Assembly: GCA_963755915.1 (NCBI GenBank)
Contig: CAVWLP010000002.1
Span: forward strand, 2,400,001 to 2,464,000
DNA from: an uncultured Phycisphaerales bacterium
Lineage (GTDB): Bacteria; Planctomycetota; Phycisphaerae; Tepidisphaerales; Tepidisphaeraceae
DNA length: 64,000 nucleotides
Direction: 5' to 3'
The translations under genes were made by a program, and so were the position numbers. This document shows, one piece after another, positions 21,462 through 29,893 of this stretch; the stretch's first letter is position 1, and each line of letters starts with the position of its first letter. A model generated the notes under the pieces. It was given only the letters and a program-made list of their open reading frames with translations. It searched no databases and had not been told where the DNA came from.

Positions 21462-23415
21462 GTGGAATCGTCGTTGCGCGAGACTCTCAAGATCGCCAAA
21501 TCGCACCACAGCGCCGGGCGGCTGGCGGAAGCGGAGGAGTTGTACCGCGAAATTTTGATGGGCAGCCCGGAGGATGCCGAAACGCTTCAGATGCTCGGCA
21601 CGCTGCTTTCGCAGAAGGGGGAGCACGAAGATGGGCGGGCGCTGGTTGAGCGGGCGATCCGAATTGAGCCGGAGGTGGCGGCTTACCACGCCAACCGGGG
21701 GCTGATTCTGCTGAACCTGGGTTATCTGGAACTGGCGGTGGATGCGCTGCGCCGGGCGCTGGAGCTTGAGCCGAAGTTTCCCGAGGCGCTTTACAACCTG
21801 GGCAACGCGCTGCTGCGGCGGGGGCAGGTGAATGAGGCGATTGAGTGTTATCAGCGGGCGCTGGCGCTGCGGTCGGATGATGCGACGGCGCTTTGCAATC
21901 TGGGGGCGGCTTTGATCGAGGCCGAGCGGTATTCGGAGGCCGTGGGGGTTCTTCGGAGGGCGGTCGATTATCGGCTCGATTATGCCGAGGCGATGAGCAA
22001 TCTGGCGACGGCGCTGGTGCACGAGAATCTTGACGAGGCGATTGAGCTTTATGCGAAGGCGTCGGCGTTGCGGCCTGGGGCGATGGAGATCGTGGCTTAT
22101 CACGCGGGGGCGCTGAAAGAAGCGGGGCGTTTGGATGAAGCCATCGCGGTGTATCGGAAAGCGATCGAGAGTTCTCCGGACAGTGCCCTTCACAGCGGGC
22201 TGCTTTATGCCCTGGAATTTCATCCCGACTGTGATCCCCGCGCTGTGGCGGCGGAGCTTTCGCGGTGGAATGGGATTCATGGGCGGCCGCTGGCGAAGTT
22301 TATTCAGAAACATTTGAATCACACGGACGGGGATCGTCGGATGAAGGTGGGGTACGTTTCGCCGAACTTTTTCCGGCAGGCGGAGGCGCATTTCGTGTTG
22401 CCGCTTCTGGCGGGGCACGATCGGCAGCAGGTGGAAGTGCATTGTTTCTCTGACGTGCGACGGCCGGATGAGCTGACGGAATTGCACCGGCAGGTGTGCG
22501 ACGTGTGGCACGATGTGGCGCGGGATGATGATGACAAGCTGACGAAGCGAATCCGGGAAGCCGGGATCGATATCCTGGTCGATCTGACCATGCACATGCG
22601 AGAGAATCGGCTGCTGGTCTTTGCCCGCAAGCCGGCGCCGGTGCAGTTGACCTGGCTGGCGTATCCGGGGAACACGGGGCTGGAGACGATGGATGGGCGG
22701 CTGACGGATGGGTGCATCGATCCGTTGGGCGGGGAGGAATCGATTTACAGCGAGAAAACGATTCGCCTGCCGGGGTGCTGGTGCTGTTACGATCCGCTGA
22801 GCGATGCGATGGCCCGGCCGGCGGAGCAAAAGGGGGCAATTACGTTTGGGTCGCTGGGCAATCCGTGCAAGCTAAATCCGCGGACGCTGCGGCTGTGGGC
22901 GCAGGTGATGCGGAAGGCGCCCGATTCACGGATGGTGATTTTGTGCAACTCGGAGCGGCAACGCGAGCAGATTCGCCGGGTGTTCGAGGCGGCGGAGGTG
23001 AAGTCGCATCGGGTGCAGTTCGTGGGGACGTGCCGGCGGGAGGAATATCTGCGGCTGTATGATCGGATCGATATTGTGCTGGATTCACAGCCGTTTAATG
23101 GGATCACGACTACTTGCGACGCGCTGTGGATGGGGGTGCCGGTTGTGACGTTGATGGGGGTGCAGCCGCAGGCGCGGGCGGGGGGGAGCATTTTGAGGAC
23201 GGTGGGGTTGGAGAATCTTGTGGTGCGGGCGCCGGAGGAATTCGTCGCGATGGCGGTGAAGCTGGCGGGGGATATTCCCAGGCTGGTGGGGCTTCGGGGG
23301 AGTTTGAGGCAGAAGCTGCTGGAATCGCCGATGGTGGATGCGCGGATTCGCGGCGGGTGTGGAGGGGGTTTATCGGGAGCTATGGCGCGGATGGTGCGCG
23401 CAGTTTGGGGGGTAA
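21462..23415 (+). CDS. TPR-containing O-linked glycosyltransferase, SPINDLY/GT41 family (frameshift near 23345)
   Basis: Multiple TPRs, then KVGYVSPNF, IDILVDL, KPAPVQLTWLAYPG, FGSLGNPCK, LDSQPFNGITTTCDALWMGVPVVT. The corrected C-terminus FAAGVEGVYRELW ends at TAA 23415. Confidence 0.9.
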
Positions 23416-23423
23416 ATAGGGAA

Positions 23424-23451
23424 CGCGCCCCGCGAGCGGGGGCGGCTACAC
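23424..23451. repeat. Short REP-like hairpin ending GCGGCTA(C/A)AC (representative copy)
   Basis: Copies near 4940-4964, 10950-10999, 15220-15248 and 23424-23451, each just past a stop codon. Confidence 0.72.
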
Positions 23452-23573
23452 GGGAGAGGGAAAGACACTAAACCAGCCGGACGTTTCTCTCGATCGTCTT
23501 GATCACCGAATCCATCCTGCCCTGAAGCATTTGCCTACCCTTCGACAGCGCACGGTTATGCGCGTAGTCATCC

Positions 23574-24626
23574 TCACGCGGCGGAATATTGATCGACTTC
23601 GACGACCGCATCGGCAAATGCCTGGGGGGCTTCCTGGGGCACGTTGTGGCCGATGCCGTCGAGGATACGGTGGGCGTATTTTGCGGAGAACTGCTTGCGA
23701 TAGCCCATGCCATCCTTCGCGGGGCCGTCGAAATCGCTGGCGATGGTGACCGTGGGGACGGAGATCACGGGATACTGCTGGAGCTTGTTTTCGAGATCGT
23801 CGTATTTCGGTTCGCCGGGCGCGACGCTGATGCGCCAGCGGTAATTGTGGATCACGATGGCCACGTGGTCGGGGTTCTGGAAGGAAGCGGCGGTGCGATC
23901 GAACGTGGCATCGTCGAAATTCCATTTCGGGGAGCAGTTGTGCCAGATGAGCCTGTTGAAGGCGTCGCGGTTCTGGTCGTAGCCGATCTGGCCGCGCTCC
24001 GTCGAGAAATAGTATTGGTACCACCAGGCCAGCTCGGCTGCGGGGGGGAGGGGCTTTTTGTTGGCCTCGAGGTTGGTGATCAGGTAGCCGCTGACGGCGA
24101 CGAGGGCCTTGCATCGGTCGGGCCAAAGGGCGGCCATGATGTCGGCGGTGCGTGCGCCCCAATCGAACCCGCCGATGATCGCGCTTTGGATCTTCAGCGC
24201 GTCCATCAATGCGATAATATCGAGGGCAACCACCGACTGCTGGCCGTTGCGGAAGGTATCGCCGGAAAGAAAAGTGGTCGAGCCGTAGCCGCGGAGGTAG
24301 GGGACGATAACCCGGTATCCCTTGGCGGCCAGGAGCGGGGCGACGTCGACGTAGCTGTGGATGTCGTAGGGCCAGCCGTGGAGAAGAATCACCGGGGTTC
24401 CATCGGGAGGGCCGTCTTCGGCATATCCGACATTCAGCAGGCCGGCATCGACTTGTTTCATCGATGCAAAAGAGGTGTTGGTGCCGGCTGTGGGGGTGAG
24501 CGTCGTCTCATCAGGCGAAGCGGCGTCCTTTGATTCCGAGCATCCTAAAAGGCTCAGTTGGGTGGCGGCAAAGGTCAACGCGGCCGTGCCGAGGAAACGC
24601 CGCCGGTTGCGGTTGAAATCCTGCAT
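23574..24626 (-). CDS. Alpha/beta hydrolase (epoxide hydrolase-like) with Tat/lipoprotein signal
   Basis: NRRRFLG twin-arginine motif, LLGC, LLHGWP, YLRGYG, GFDWG nucleophile elbow and GHNVPQEAP. Confidence 0.9.
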   Translation of the reverse strand: MQDFNRNRRRFLGTAALTFAATQLSLLGCSESKDAASPDETTLTPTAGTNTSFASMKQVDAGLLNVGYAEDGPPDGTPVILLHGWPYDIHSYVDVAPLLAAKGYRVIVPYLRGYGSTTFLSGDTFRNGQQSVVALDIIALMDALKIQSAIIGGFDWGARTADIMAALWPDRCKALVAVSGYLITNLEANKKPLPPAAELAWWYQYYFSTERGQIGYDQNRDAFNRLIWHNCSPKWNFDDATFDRTAASFQNPDHVAIVIHNYRWRISVAPGEPKYDDLENKLQQYPVISVPTVTIASDFDGPAKDGMGYRKQFSAKYAHRILDGIGHNVPQEAPQAFADAVVEVDQYSAA

Positions 24627-24662
24627 AGCAGTCCTCCCTGTATTTGATTGTTGGCAGACGAT

Positions 24663-25079
24663 TCAGACGATCTTGAGGGCAACGTCGACATTTCCACGCG
24701 TGGCCCGGGAATAGGGGCAGACCTGGTGGGCGGATTCGACGAGTTGATGGGCGATCTCGGGATCGATGCCGGGCAGGCTGACGTTCAGACGGGCGGCGAG
24801 TCCGAAGTTGCCCCCGGCGGTGCCGAGGTCGACTTCAATGTCGATGGAAGCGGTGGCGGGGACGGGGATTTTCTTTAATCCGGCGACGTGCTGGATGGCG
24901 CTGAGGAAGCAGGCGGACCAACCGGCCGCGAAGAGTTGTTCGGGATTTGTGCCGGTGCCTGAGCCGCCGGGACGGGAGAACTTTACGTCGACCCGTCCGT
25001 CGTCGCTGCGGGCAGCGCCTTCGCGGCCGCCGGTAGTGTGGACTTTCGCCGTGTACAGGACTTTTTCGAACTTGGCCAT
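24663..25079 (-). CDS. ohr: Organic hydroperoxide resistance protein
   Basis: TGGREG, GTNPEQLFAAGWSACF and AHQVCPYSRATRGN. Confidence 0.95.
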   Translation of the reverse strand: MAKFEKVLYTAKVHTTGGREGAARSDDGRVDVKFSRPGGSGTGTNPEQLFAAGWSACFLSAIQHVAGLKKIPVPATASIDIEVDLGTAGGNFGLAARLNVSLPGIDPEIAHQLVESAHQVCPYSRATRGNVDVALKIV

Positions 25080-25157
25080 GATTGATGTCTCCTTCGCTGT
25101 GTGGTTTGTCGAATGGACAGTCTATGCGCAAGCCACCTCATCTGTCGCGTTGAGCGC

Positions 25158-25186
25158 AAAAAAAAGCCGACCCGGGCAAGGTCGGC
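25158..25186 (-). terminator. Intrinsic terminator about 80 bp upstream of the ohr start
   Basis: On the minus strand a GCCGACC/GGTCGGC 7-bp stem with 7-nt loop is followed by T8 (A run at 25158-25165). Confidence 0.75.
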
Positions 25187-25537
25187 CTCGAATGGGGCTG
25201 ATGAAGGGTGTCCCGGGTTGGAAACGGGAACGCCCCTTCACATCGGGGAAAGAATGGGCTAAGTTTTCAATGTCACCTGCCGACTTTCGTCGCGGCGACG
25301 GGTGATTGATAACGCAATGATCGTGCCGATTCTCAAATTGGGCCGCCCCATTTGGCCGCGTGGTTTTTATATTAGTGAAATGTGGATAAATAGTTGCGAA
25401 ATCGACGGCGTCTTCAAAGCAGACGCGAGGCGGGAGAATTTTTTTTATTCGCTCCGCCAAGTTGGCATTTTTTGCCGCGACAGCAATGCGAGAATGACAG
25501 GGGAAATATTGAGATTGTGTGAACACTGGAGACGTGC

Positions 25538-26455
25538 GTGAGGATTCTGGTTACCGGCGGAGCCGGATTCATCGGGTCGAACTTGGCCATCGAACTTGCT
25601 TCGGCTGGCCATGAGGTTGCAATCGCGGACGATTTCTCGTCGGCCTATTGGAAAAATCTGATCGATTTTCGGGGAGAGGTCGTAGCCGCTGATATCGCGG
25701 CCGACGCAACGCCGCTTACTCGTCTCGATCCCTGCCAGGTCATATATCATCAGGCCTCCATTACTGACACGACCGTCACGGATCAGCGCAAGATGACGTT
25801 CAACAACGTTGAAGGGTTCCGAAACATCCTGGAACTGAGCAAGCAGTGGCAGAGCCAGGTGATCTGGGCGGGAAGCGCCAGCGTTTATGGCAGAACGCCG
25901 GCGCCAACGAAGGAGTCGGTAAAATCCGATCCGCTCAATGTCTACGCTTACTCGAAGCTGGCGATGGAGCATCTGGCGGATCGATATCGATCCAAGCTCC
26001 AGCGCGACATTGTCGGATTGAGATATTTCAATGTGTATGGGCCAGGGGAGGATCACAAGGGGAAATTCGCCAGCATGATTCATCAGCTCGCCAAACAGAT
26101 GCGAGCCGGCAAGCGTCCGCGAATTTTTACGGCCGGGCAGCAACGCCGGGATTTCGTGTACGTGGCGGACGTGGTGCAGGCGAATATTTCGGCGATCAAA
26201 TCGACCCGCGGCGGAGTGTTCAACATCGGCAGCGGGGCGTCGTGGTCATTCAATGAGGTGGTCGTCCAGCTCAACCGGGTGCTGGAAACAAAATTGGAGC
26301 CGGATTATTTCGAAAATCCCTACAGTTTCACGCAGGATTGGACCGAAGCGGATTTAACGGAATCGAAGCGGTGCCTGGGCTATGAGCCGCGGTATGATCT
26401 TGCCAAAGGGATCGACGCCTACCTGAAAAGCGGGCAACTGGGAGTTGGCCGATGA
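25538..26455 (+). CDS. hldD: ADP-L-glycero-D-manno-heptose 6-epimerase-like NAD-dependent epimerase
   Basis: VTGGAGFIGSN, SITDTT, PLNVYAYSK, GLRYFNVYGPGEDHKGKFASM and QRRDFVYV. Confidence 0.85.
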   Translation: MRILVTGGAGFIGSNLAIELASAGHEVAIADDFSSAYWKNLIDFRGEVVAADIAADATPLTRLDPCQVIYHQASITDTTVTDQRKMTFNNVEGFRNILELSKQWQSQVIWAGSASVYGRTPAPTKESVKSDPLNVYAYSKLAMEHLADRYRSKLQRDIVGLRYFNVYGPGEDHKGKFASMIHQLAKQMRAGKRPRIFTAGQQRRDFVYVADVVQANISAIKSTRGGVFNIGSGASWSFNEVVVQLNRVLETKLEPDYFENPYSFTQDWTEADLTESKRCLGYEPRYDLAKGIDAYLKSGQLGVGR

Positions 26456-27300
26456 GCGAATTGATCTGGATCAACGGGGAAATCATGCCGCTGAATGAAG
26501 CGCGCATCGGCGTCGAGGATCGGGGGTTTCAGTTTGCTGATGGGGTCTACGAAGTCGTCCGGATTTACAACGGCAAACTGTTTGCGCTCGACGCCCACCT
26601 TCAGCGATTGGTGAAATCTGCGGAAGGGATCGAGCTGAAGCTGCCGGTTGCGGCGGGGCAGTTGCGCGGGGAGATTGGGAAATTCGTCGCGCGGAATCCA
26701 CTTGCGGATGGGATGATCTATCTTCAGCTCACCCGCGGGGCGGCGCCGCGGAATCACGCGTTTCCGGATTGCGGGCCGACCCTGCTGTTTTATGCGCGGG
26801 AGCTGGATCCGCTGGGCGAGCCTGCCAAGTCGCAGGGGATTCGGTTGATAACTGTCGCGGATGAGCGATGGAAGCGGTGCTGGATCAAGTCGATCGCGCT
26901 GCTTCCGAATGTGCTGGCGAAGAATAAGGCGCTGGCCGCCGGCGCGGATGAAGCGGTGTTCATCGACAACGGCGTGGTGACGGAATGCTCGGCGAGCAAC
27001 GTGTTCATCGTGCGCGGGCGGCGGCTTCTGACTCATGCCGTTGGGCCCAAGGTGCTTCCGGGAATCACCCGGGCGATTCTTCTGGAGCTTGCACCCACGG
27101 TTGGCCTGAGCGTGGGCGAAGAGGCGTTCAGCGAAGATGAAGCGATCCATGCGGATGAGGTTTTCATCACCAGCACGACGCGGGAGATTTCGTGGGTTTT
27201 GCGGTGGAATCAGACGCAGATCGGGTCGGGGAAGTGCGGGCCGCATACGCTGGCGCTGCATGAGGCGCTTCGCAAACGCGTCGCCGGCGAGACGGCGTAA
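26452..27300 (+). CDS. dat: Class IV aminotransferase (D-amino-acid transaminase-like)
   Basis: EDRGFQFADGVYEV, HLQRL, YLQLTRG, IKSIALLPNVLAK, ECSASNVF and LPGITR. Confidence 0.88.
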   Translation: MSELIWINGEIMPLNEARIGVEDRGFQFADGVYEVVRIYNGKLFALDAHLQRLVKSAEGIELKLPVAAGQLRGEIGKFVARNPLADGMIYLQLTRGAAPRNHAFPDCGPTLLFYARELDPLGEPAKSQGIRLITVADERWKRCWIKSIALLPNVLAKNKALAAGADEAVFIDNGVVTECSASNVFIVRGRRLLTHAVGPKVLPGITRAILLELAPTVGLSVGEEAFSEDEAIHADEVFITSTTREISWVLRWNQTQIGSGKCGPHTLALHEALRKRVAGETA

Positions 27301-27360
27301 GGATTTTCAGCCCTGCTCAGTTGACGATTTTTAGCCAAATTTCTGGCACTTTGCAACAGG

Positions 27361-27382
27361 TGTGGGCGCTGATGTGGGCGCG
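27361..27382 (+). repeat. Paired direct repeat TGTGGGCGC (12-bp period), putative integrase arm-type site
   Basis: TGTGGGCGCtgATGTGGGCGCG; the same pair occurs at 28788-28810. Confidence 0.65.
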
Positions 27383-27601
27383 TGAATGCGGGTATGCCTA
27401 CAGCGTAATCAGCATTGTCTGAGATGAAACCGAAAAGGAGGCCAAGACCAATTCGAAAAACGACCGCCTCAGTTTCATCCAATACCCGTTCACCTTTCGA
27501 TGTTTCCCACATTCAAATATGATCGGTTAATTACGTGAAATAGCATTATGTGATTAGGTTCTCGGATGACGCCTTGGGGCCAGCCTTCAGGCCTTCGCGC
27601 T

Positions 27602-28033
27602 TCACTGAAAGAAGAGGCCGTGGTTCAGACCAAAGAATCCGGCCACGTTCGCGATGGCTGACTTGCTCCACTCTCGCTTGCCGCTCAACATGTCCGACAG
27701 GGCGCTCTGGGAAATGCCACGTTGCTTGGCAAAGGCATTCACACTCAGGCCGCGTTCGCCGAGCAGGTGTCGCACGACATCCGCCGCCGAAATGCCCGAC
27801 GTGTCCAACTGAAGATTCTGCTCACGCTCGTACGTCTCGATAAGGCCGACCAGAACCTTCTTGTAGTCGAGCACGTCCTTTCGCTTATCCCCAACGAGGC
27901 TACGAAGAGCCTGCTTGGATTGTCGGTGTTCCTCGGCGTTGTGGATGGGCCGGAGCGGATAGAGATTCACGATCAGGTTGAGGTAGGGGTCGAGGCCCGT
28001 TGACGCGCCCGAGTTCTTGGTTTTTGTTGTCAT
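27602..28033 (-). CDS. higA: HigA-family HTH antitoxin
   Basis: YPLRPIHNAEEH, LIETYE and an Xre HTH (ISQSALSDMLSGKR...FFG). Lies directly downstream of higB. Confidence 0.88.
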   Translation of the reverse strand: MTTKTKNSGASTGLDPYLNLIVNLYPLRPIHNAEEHRQSKQALRSLVGDKRKDVLDYKKVLVGLIETYEREQNLQLDTSGISAADVVRHLLGERGLSVNAFAKQRGISQSALSDMLSGKREWSKSAIANVAGFFGLNHGLFFQ

Positions 28034-28034
28034 C

Positions 28035-28343
28035 TCAGTATCTCTCTTTCCACAAGTTCTTGTCGTACTCGGCGTGCGTAGGAACTTCTAACACCTCAAC
28101 GAATTGAGCGTCGTAGTCAATGACGGTCAGGAGGCGGTAATTGCCGCCCTTGGTGTTGAACACTGTCACGACAGTCTTGCTTTTCAGCGTTACGCCATCG
28201 GCCGAGGAATATGTCTTCCTCACGTTCTGCAAGCTGTGCCACTCCGACTCATCAACGGCCTTGGCCCACACGTCAAGCCATGTTTTGAGCGGCTTGTTCT
28301 TTTTGCCCACCGCTGTCAGCACGTCCTGCCCGATCAGCGTCAT
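28035..28343 (-). CDS. higB: HigB-family toxin (RelE-fold mRNA interferase)
   Basis: W..W...W.S...V..TYSSAD, VFNTKGGNYRL and THAEYDK; toxin-first gene order. Confidence 0.9.
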   Translation of the reverse strand: MTLIGQDVLTAVGKKNKPLKTWLDVWAKAVDESEWHSLQNVRKTYSSADGVTLKSKTVVTVFNTKGGNYRLLTVIDYDAQFVEVLEVPTHAEYDKNLWKERY

Positions 28344-28344
28344 T

Positions 28345-28378
28345 ATCACATTATGCGATAGATCGGCCGAAAAGTCAA
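28345..28378 (-). promoter_or_regulatory. higBA sigma70 promoter with overlapping palindromic operator; probably leaderless
   Basis: Minus strand reads TTGACT-17 bp-CATAAT-6 nt-ATG. The palindrome ATCACAT-T-ATGCGAT at 28345-28359 overlaps the -10 box. Confidence 0.7.
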
Positions 28379-28787
28379 GAAACATTAGCCGATCTGGCGT
28401 GCGTTCCGAGCAAGTTTTACGCCCCCCTCAGTCACCGGCTCGAAATGATTCCTGATCTCGACCCTGATGACCTCCCGACGCCAAGAACTGATACCCCAGA
28501 CCGCAACGGCTGCTCCCAAAATCGTCGCCGCACTTGCCGCTACGCTCACCCATCCCCGCAAATCCGATGGCATGAAAGTCCCCATTCTCCCACAATAGCC
28601 CATCACAGATACTGGGGAATGCGACCGATACGCAGCATTTGGTTATGACGATCCGGTTCGATAAGGAGAGTCATTTCTGGCCGCGCCGAGGTGGGACTTG
28701 CCCGAGGCACAAAGTACGAAACCGTCACAGAAATGACCCACAGATCGATTAAGGCACGACGGAGAGGCTGGACGTTTCACCCTATCC

Positions 28788-28810
28788 ATGTGGGCGCGTA
28801 TGTGGGCGCG
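28788..28810 (+). repeat. Paired direct repeat ATGTGGGCGCG x2, putative integrase arm-type site
   Basis: ATGTGGGCGCG-T-ATGTGGGCGCG, about 120 bp inside the tRNA fragment. Confidence 0.65.
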
Positions 28811-28931
28811 ACAGCTAATAAATCGTGCTCGTATTGCGTCAAATGCACCATTTTTTTGAATTGCAGAAGTGCGCAGCAGAAAACTCCGGTTATGGCCGGA
28901 GTTTGTGCAGTTTTAGCTGCCTTCTGGTCAA

Positions 28932-28965
28932 TGGGCGGAGCCGGAATTGAACCGGCGACACATGG
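28932..28965 (-). pseudogene. tRNA 3'-half fragment, tRNA-Phe-like (att site); not an intact tRNA
   Basis: Minus strand CCAT-GTGTC-GCCGG-TTCAATT-CCGGC-TCCGCCC-A gives variable loop, T arm, acceptor 3' strand and discriminator. There is no D arm or 5' acceptor strand upstream. Confidence 0.85.
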
Positions 28966-28969
28966 TTTT

Positions 28970-29164
28970 TTACATCCTGGGGTCGCCGGGTGTTTCAATG
29001 TCGGGGTCGTCGCCCTTCAAATCGTTCAAAAGATCGACGTAATCGGCATCGTCTAATTCGAACCAATCGGGGATTGCGGCGACGGCGCAGCCGCGGCGCT
29101 CGGCGAGGGCTTCGAGGATCCGTTGGCGGAGGTCGGGATCGGTTATTTCGCGGATGCGGATCAT
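28970..29164 (-). CDS. Hypothetical acidic protein, 64 aa
   Basis: ATG 11 bp after the DUF5615 stop, with plausible composition; no recognised family. Confidence 0.55.
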   Translation of the reverse strand: MIRIREITDPDLRQRILEALAERRGCAVAAIPDWFELDDADYVDLLNDLKGDDPDIETPGDPRM

Positions 29165-29174
29165 AACTAACGGT

Positions 29175-29525
29175 TCAGGGTGTACGGATGCGCATGACTG
29201 CCGGTGATATGACTATGAATGCACGTTCAAGCCGGGAAGCGTGTTCGCGAACGGCATCGCGGACTAATTTCGCCTTGGTGTCGCTGGACAAACCCGACAA
29301 ACGCAGAAGCACCACGCCGGAATGAACTTTTTTTTGGCGGTAAACGAGCAGTCCAAAATCCTTGTCATCAGTCAGTAGCATTGACTGCGTTTTATTCGCC
29401 AGTTCAAGGACGCGGTCGTCATCCATGCCACGGCCGATTTCTTTGATGGACTGAACGCTATGGCCGTCGGCGCGCAAAGCGTCGATTATCGAGGCATCGA
29501 CGTTTTCGTCAGCAAGAAAATTCAC
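29175..29525 (-). CDS. DUF5615 PIN-like toxin
   Basis: FLADENV, LRADGH, DDRVL, LLTDDKDFG and HSGVVLLRL. Overlaps the DUF433 stop. Confidence 0.9.
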   Translation of the reverse strand: MNFLADENVDASIIDALRADGHSVQSIKEIGRGMDDDRVLELANKTQSMLLTDDKDFGLLVYRQKKVHSGVVLLRLSGLSSDTKAKLVRDAVREHASRLERAFIVISPAVMRIRTP

Positions 29526-29758
29526 ACGGCCGTTCCACGAATCGGATAAACGACATCCGACCCCAGTGATTTAGCCGCGAAATCGAGCGCCGCGCGAATT
29601 GCCGGTTCTGTCAAATGCGGAAAGGCTTCGAGAATCTGTTCGACTGTTTCACCCGCGGCGAGTCTTTCGAGGATCAACTCCACAGTGATTCTGGTGCCTG
29701 CGATGACCGGTTTGCCCATCATGATGCGAGGATTGGCTTCAATAACTGGTTCTGCCAT
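29522..29758 (-). CDS. DUF433 antitoxin
   Basis: NPRIMMGKPVIAGTRITVELIL...GET.EQILEAFPHLT...IRAAL. Confidence 0.92.
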   Translation of the reverse strand: MAEPVIEANPRIMMGKPVIAGTRITVELILERLAAGETVEQILEAFPHLTEPAIRAALDFAAKSLGSDVVYPIRGTAV

Positions 29759-29893
29759 ATAGGGTCCGTATATTGGGGCTTATTATACCCGCCGAGATGG
29801 AACTAGCACGAGGCAGCGACATCCATTTGATAAACCTAACCCCGCCGCCGCATTCCCCAGAGTTCAGGGGAGGGGGTAAGAGGGGGAAGACAT

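Larger units (their letters stand above)
27301..28970. mobile_element. Integrase-less integrative element or island remnant carrying higBA, bounded by split tRNA-Phe-derived att sequences
   Basis: Left end reads GGGCTGAAAATCC on the minus strand (27301-27313, Phe anticodon loop). Right end is a tRNA 3' half (28932-28965). The cores are GGATTTT and GGTTTTT. Paired TGTGGGCGC repeats lie inside both ends. Confidence 0.7.

Noticed and set aside
28385-28606. Complete gene upstream of higB
   Set aside because: Only a single TM-like N-terminus followed by unconvincing sequence; at best a truncated cargo remnant.
28932-29010. Intact tRNA-Phe gene
   Set aside because: There is no 5' acceptor strand or D arm; the upstream sequence is the 64-aa ORF.
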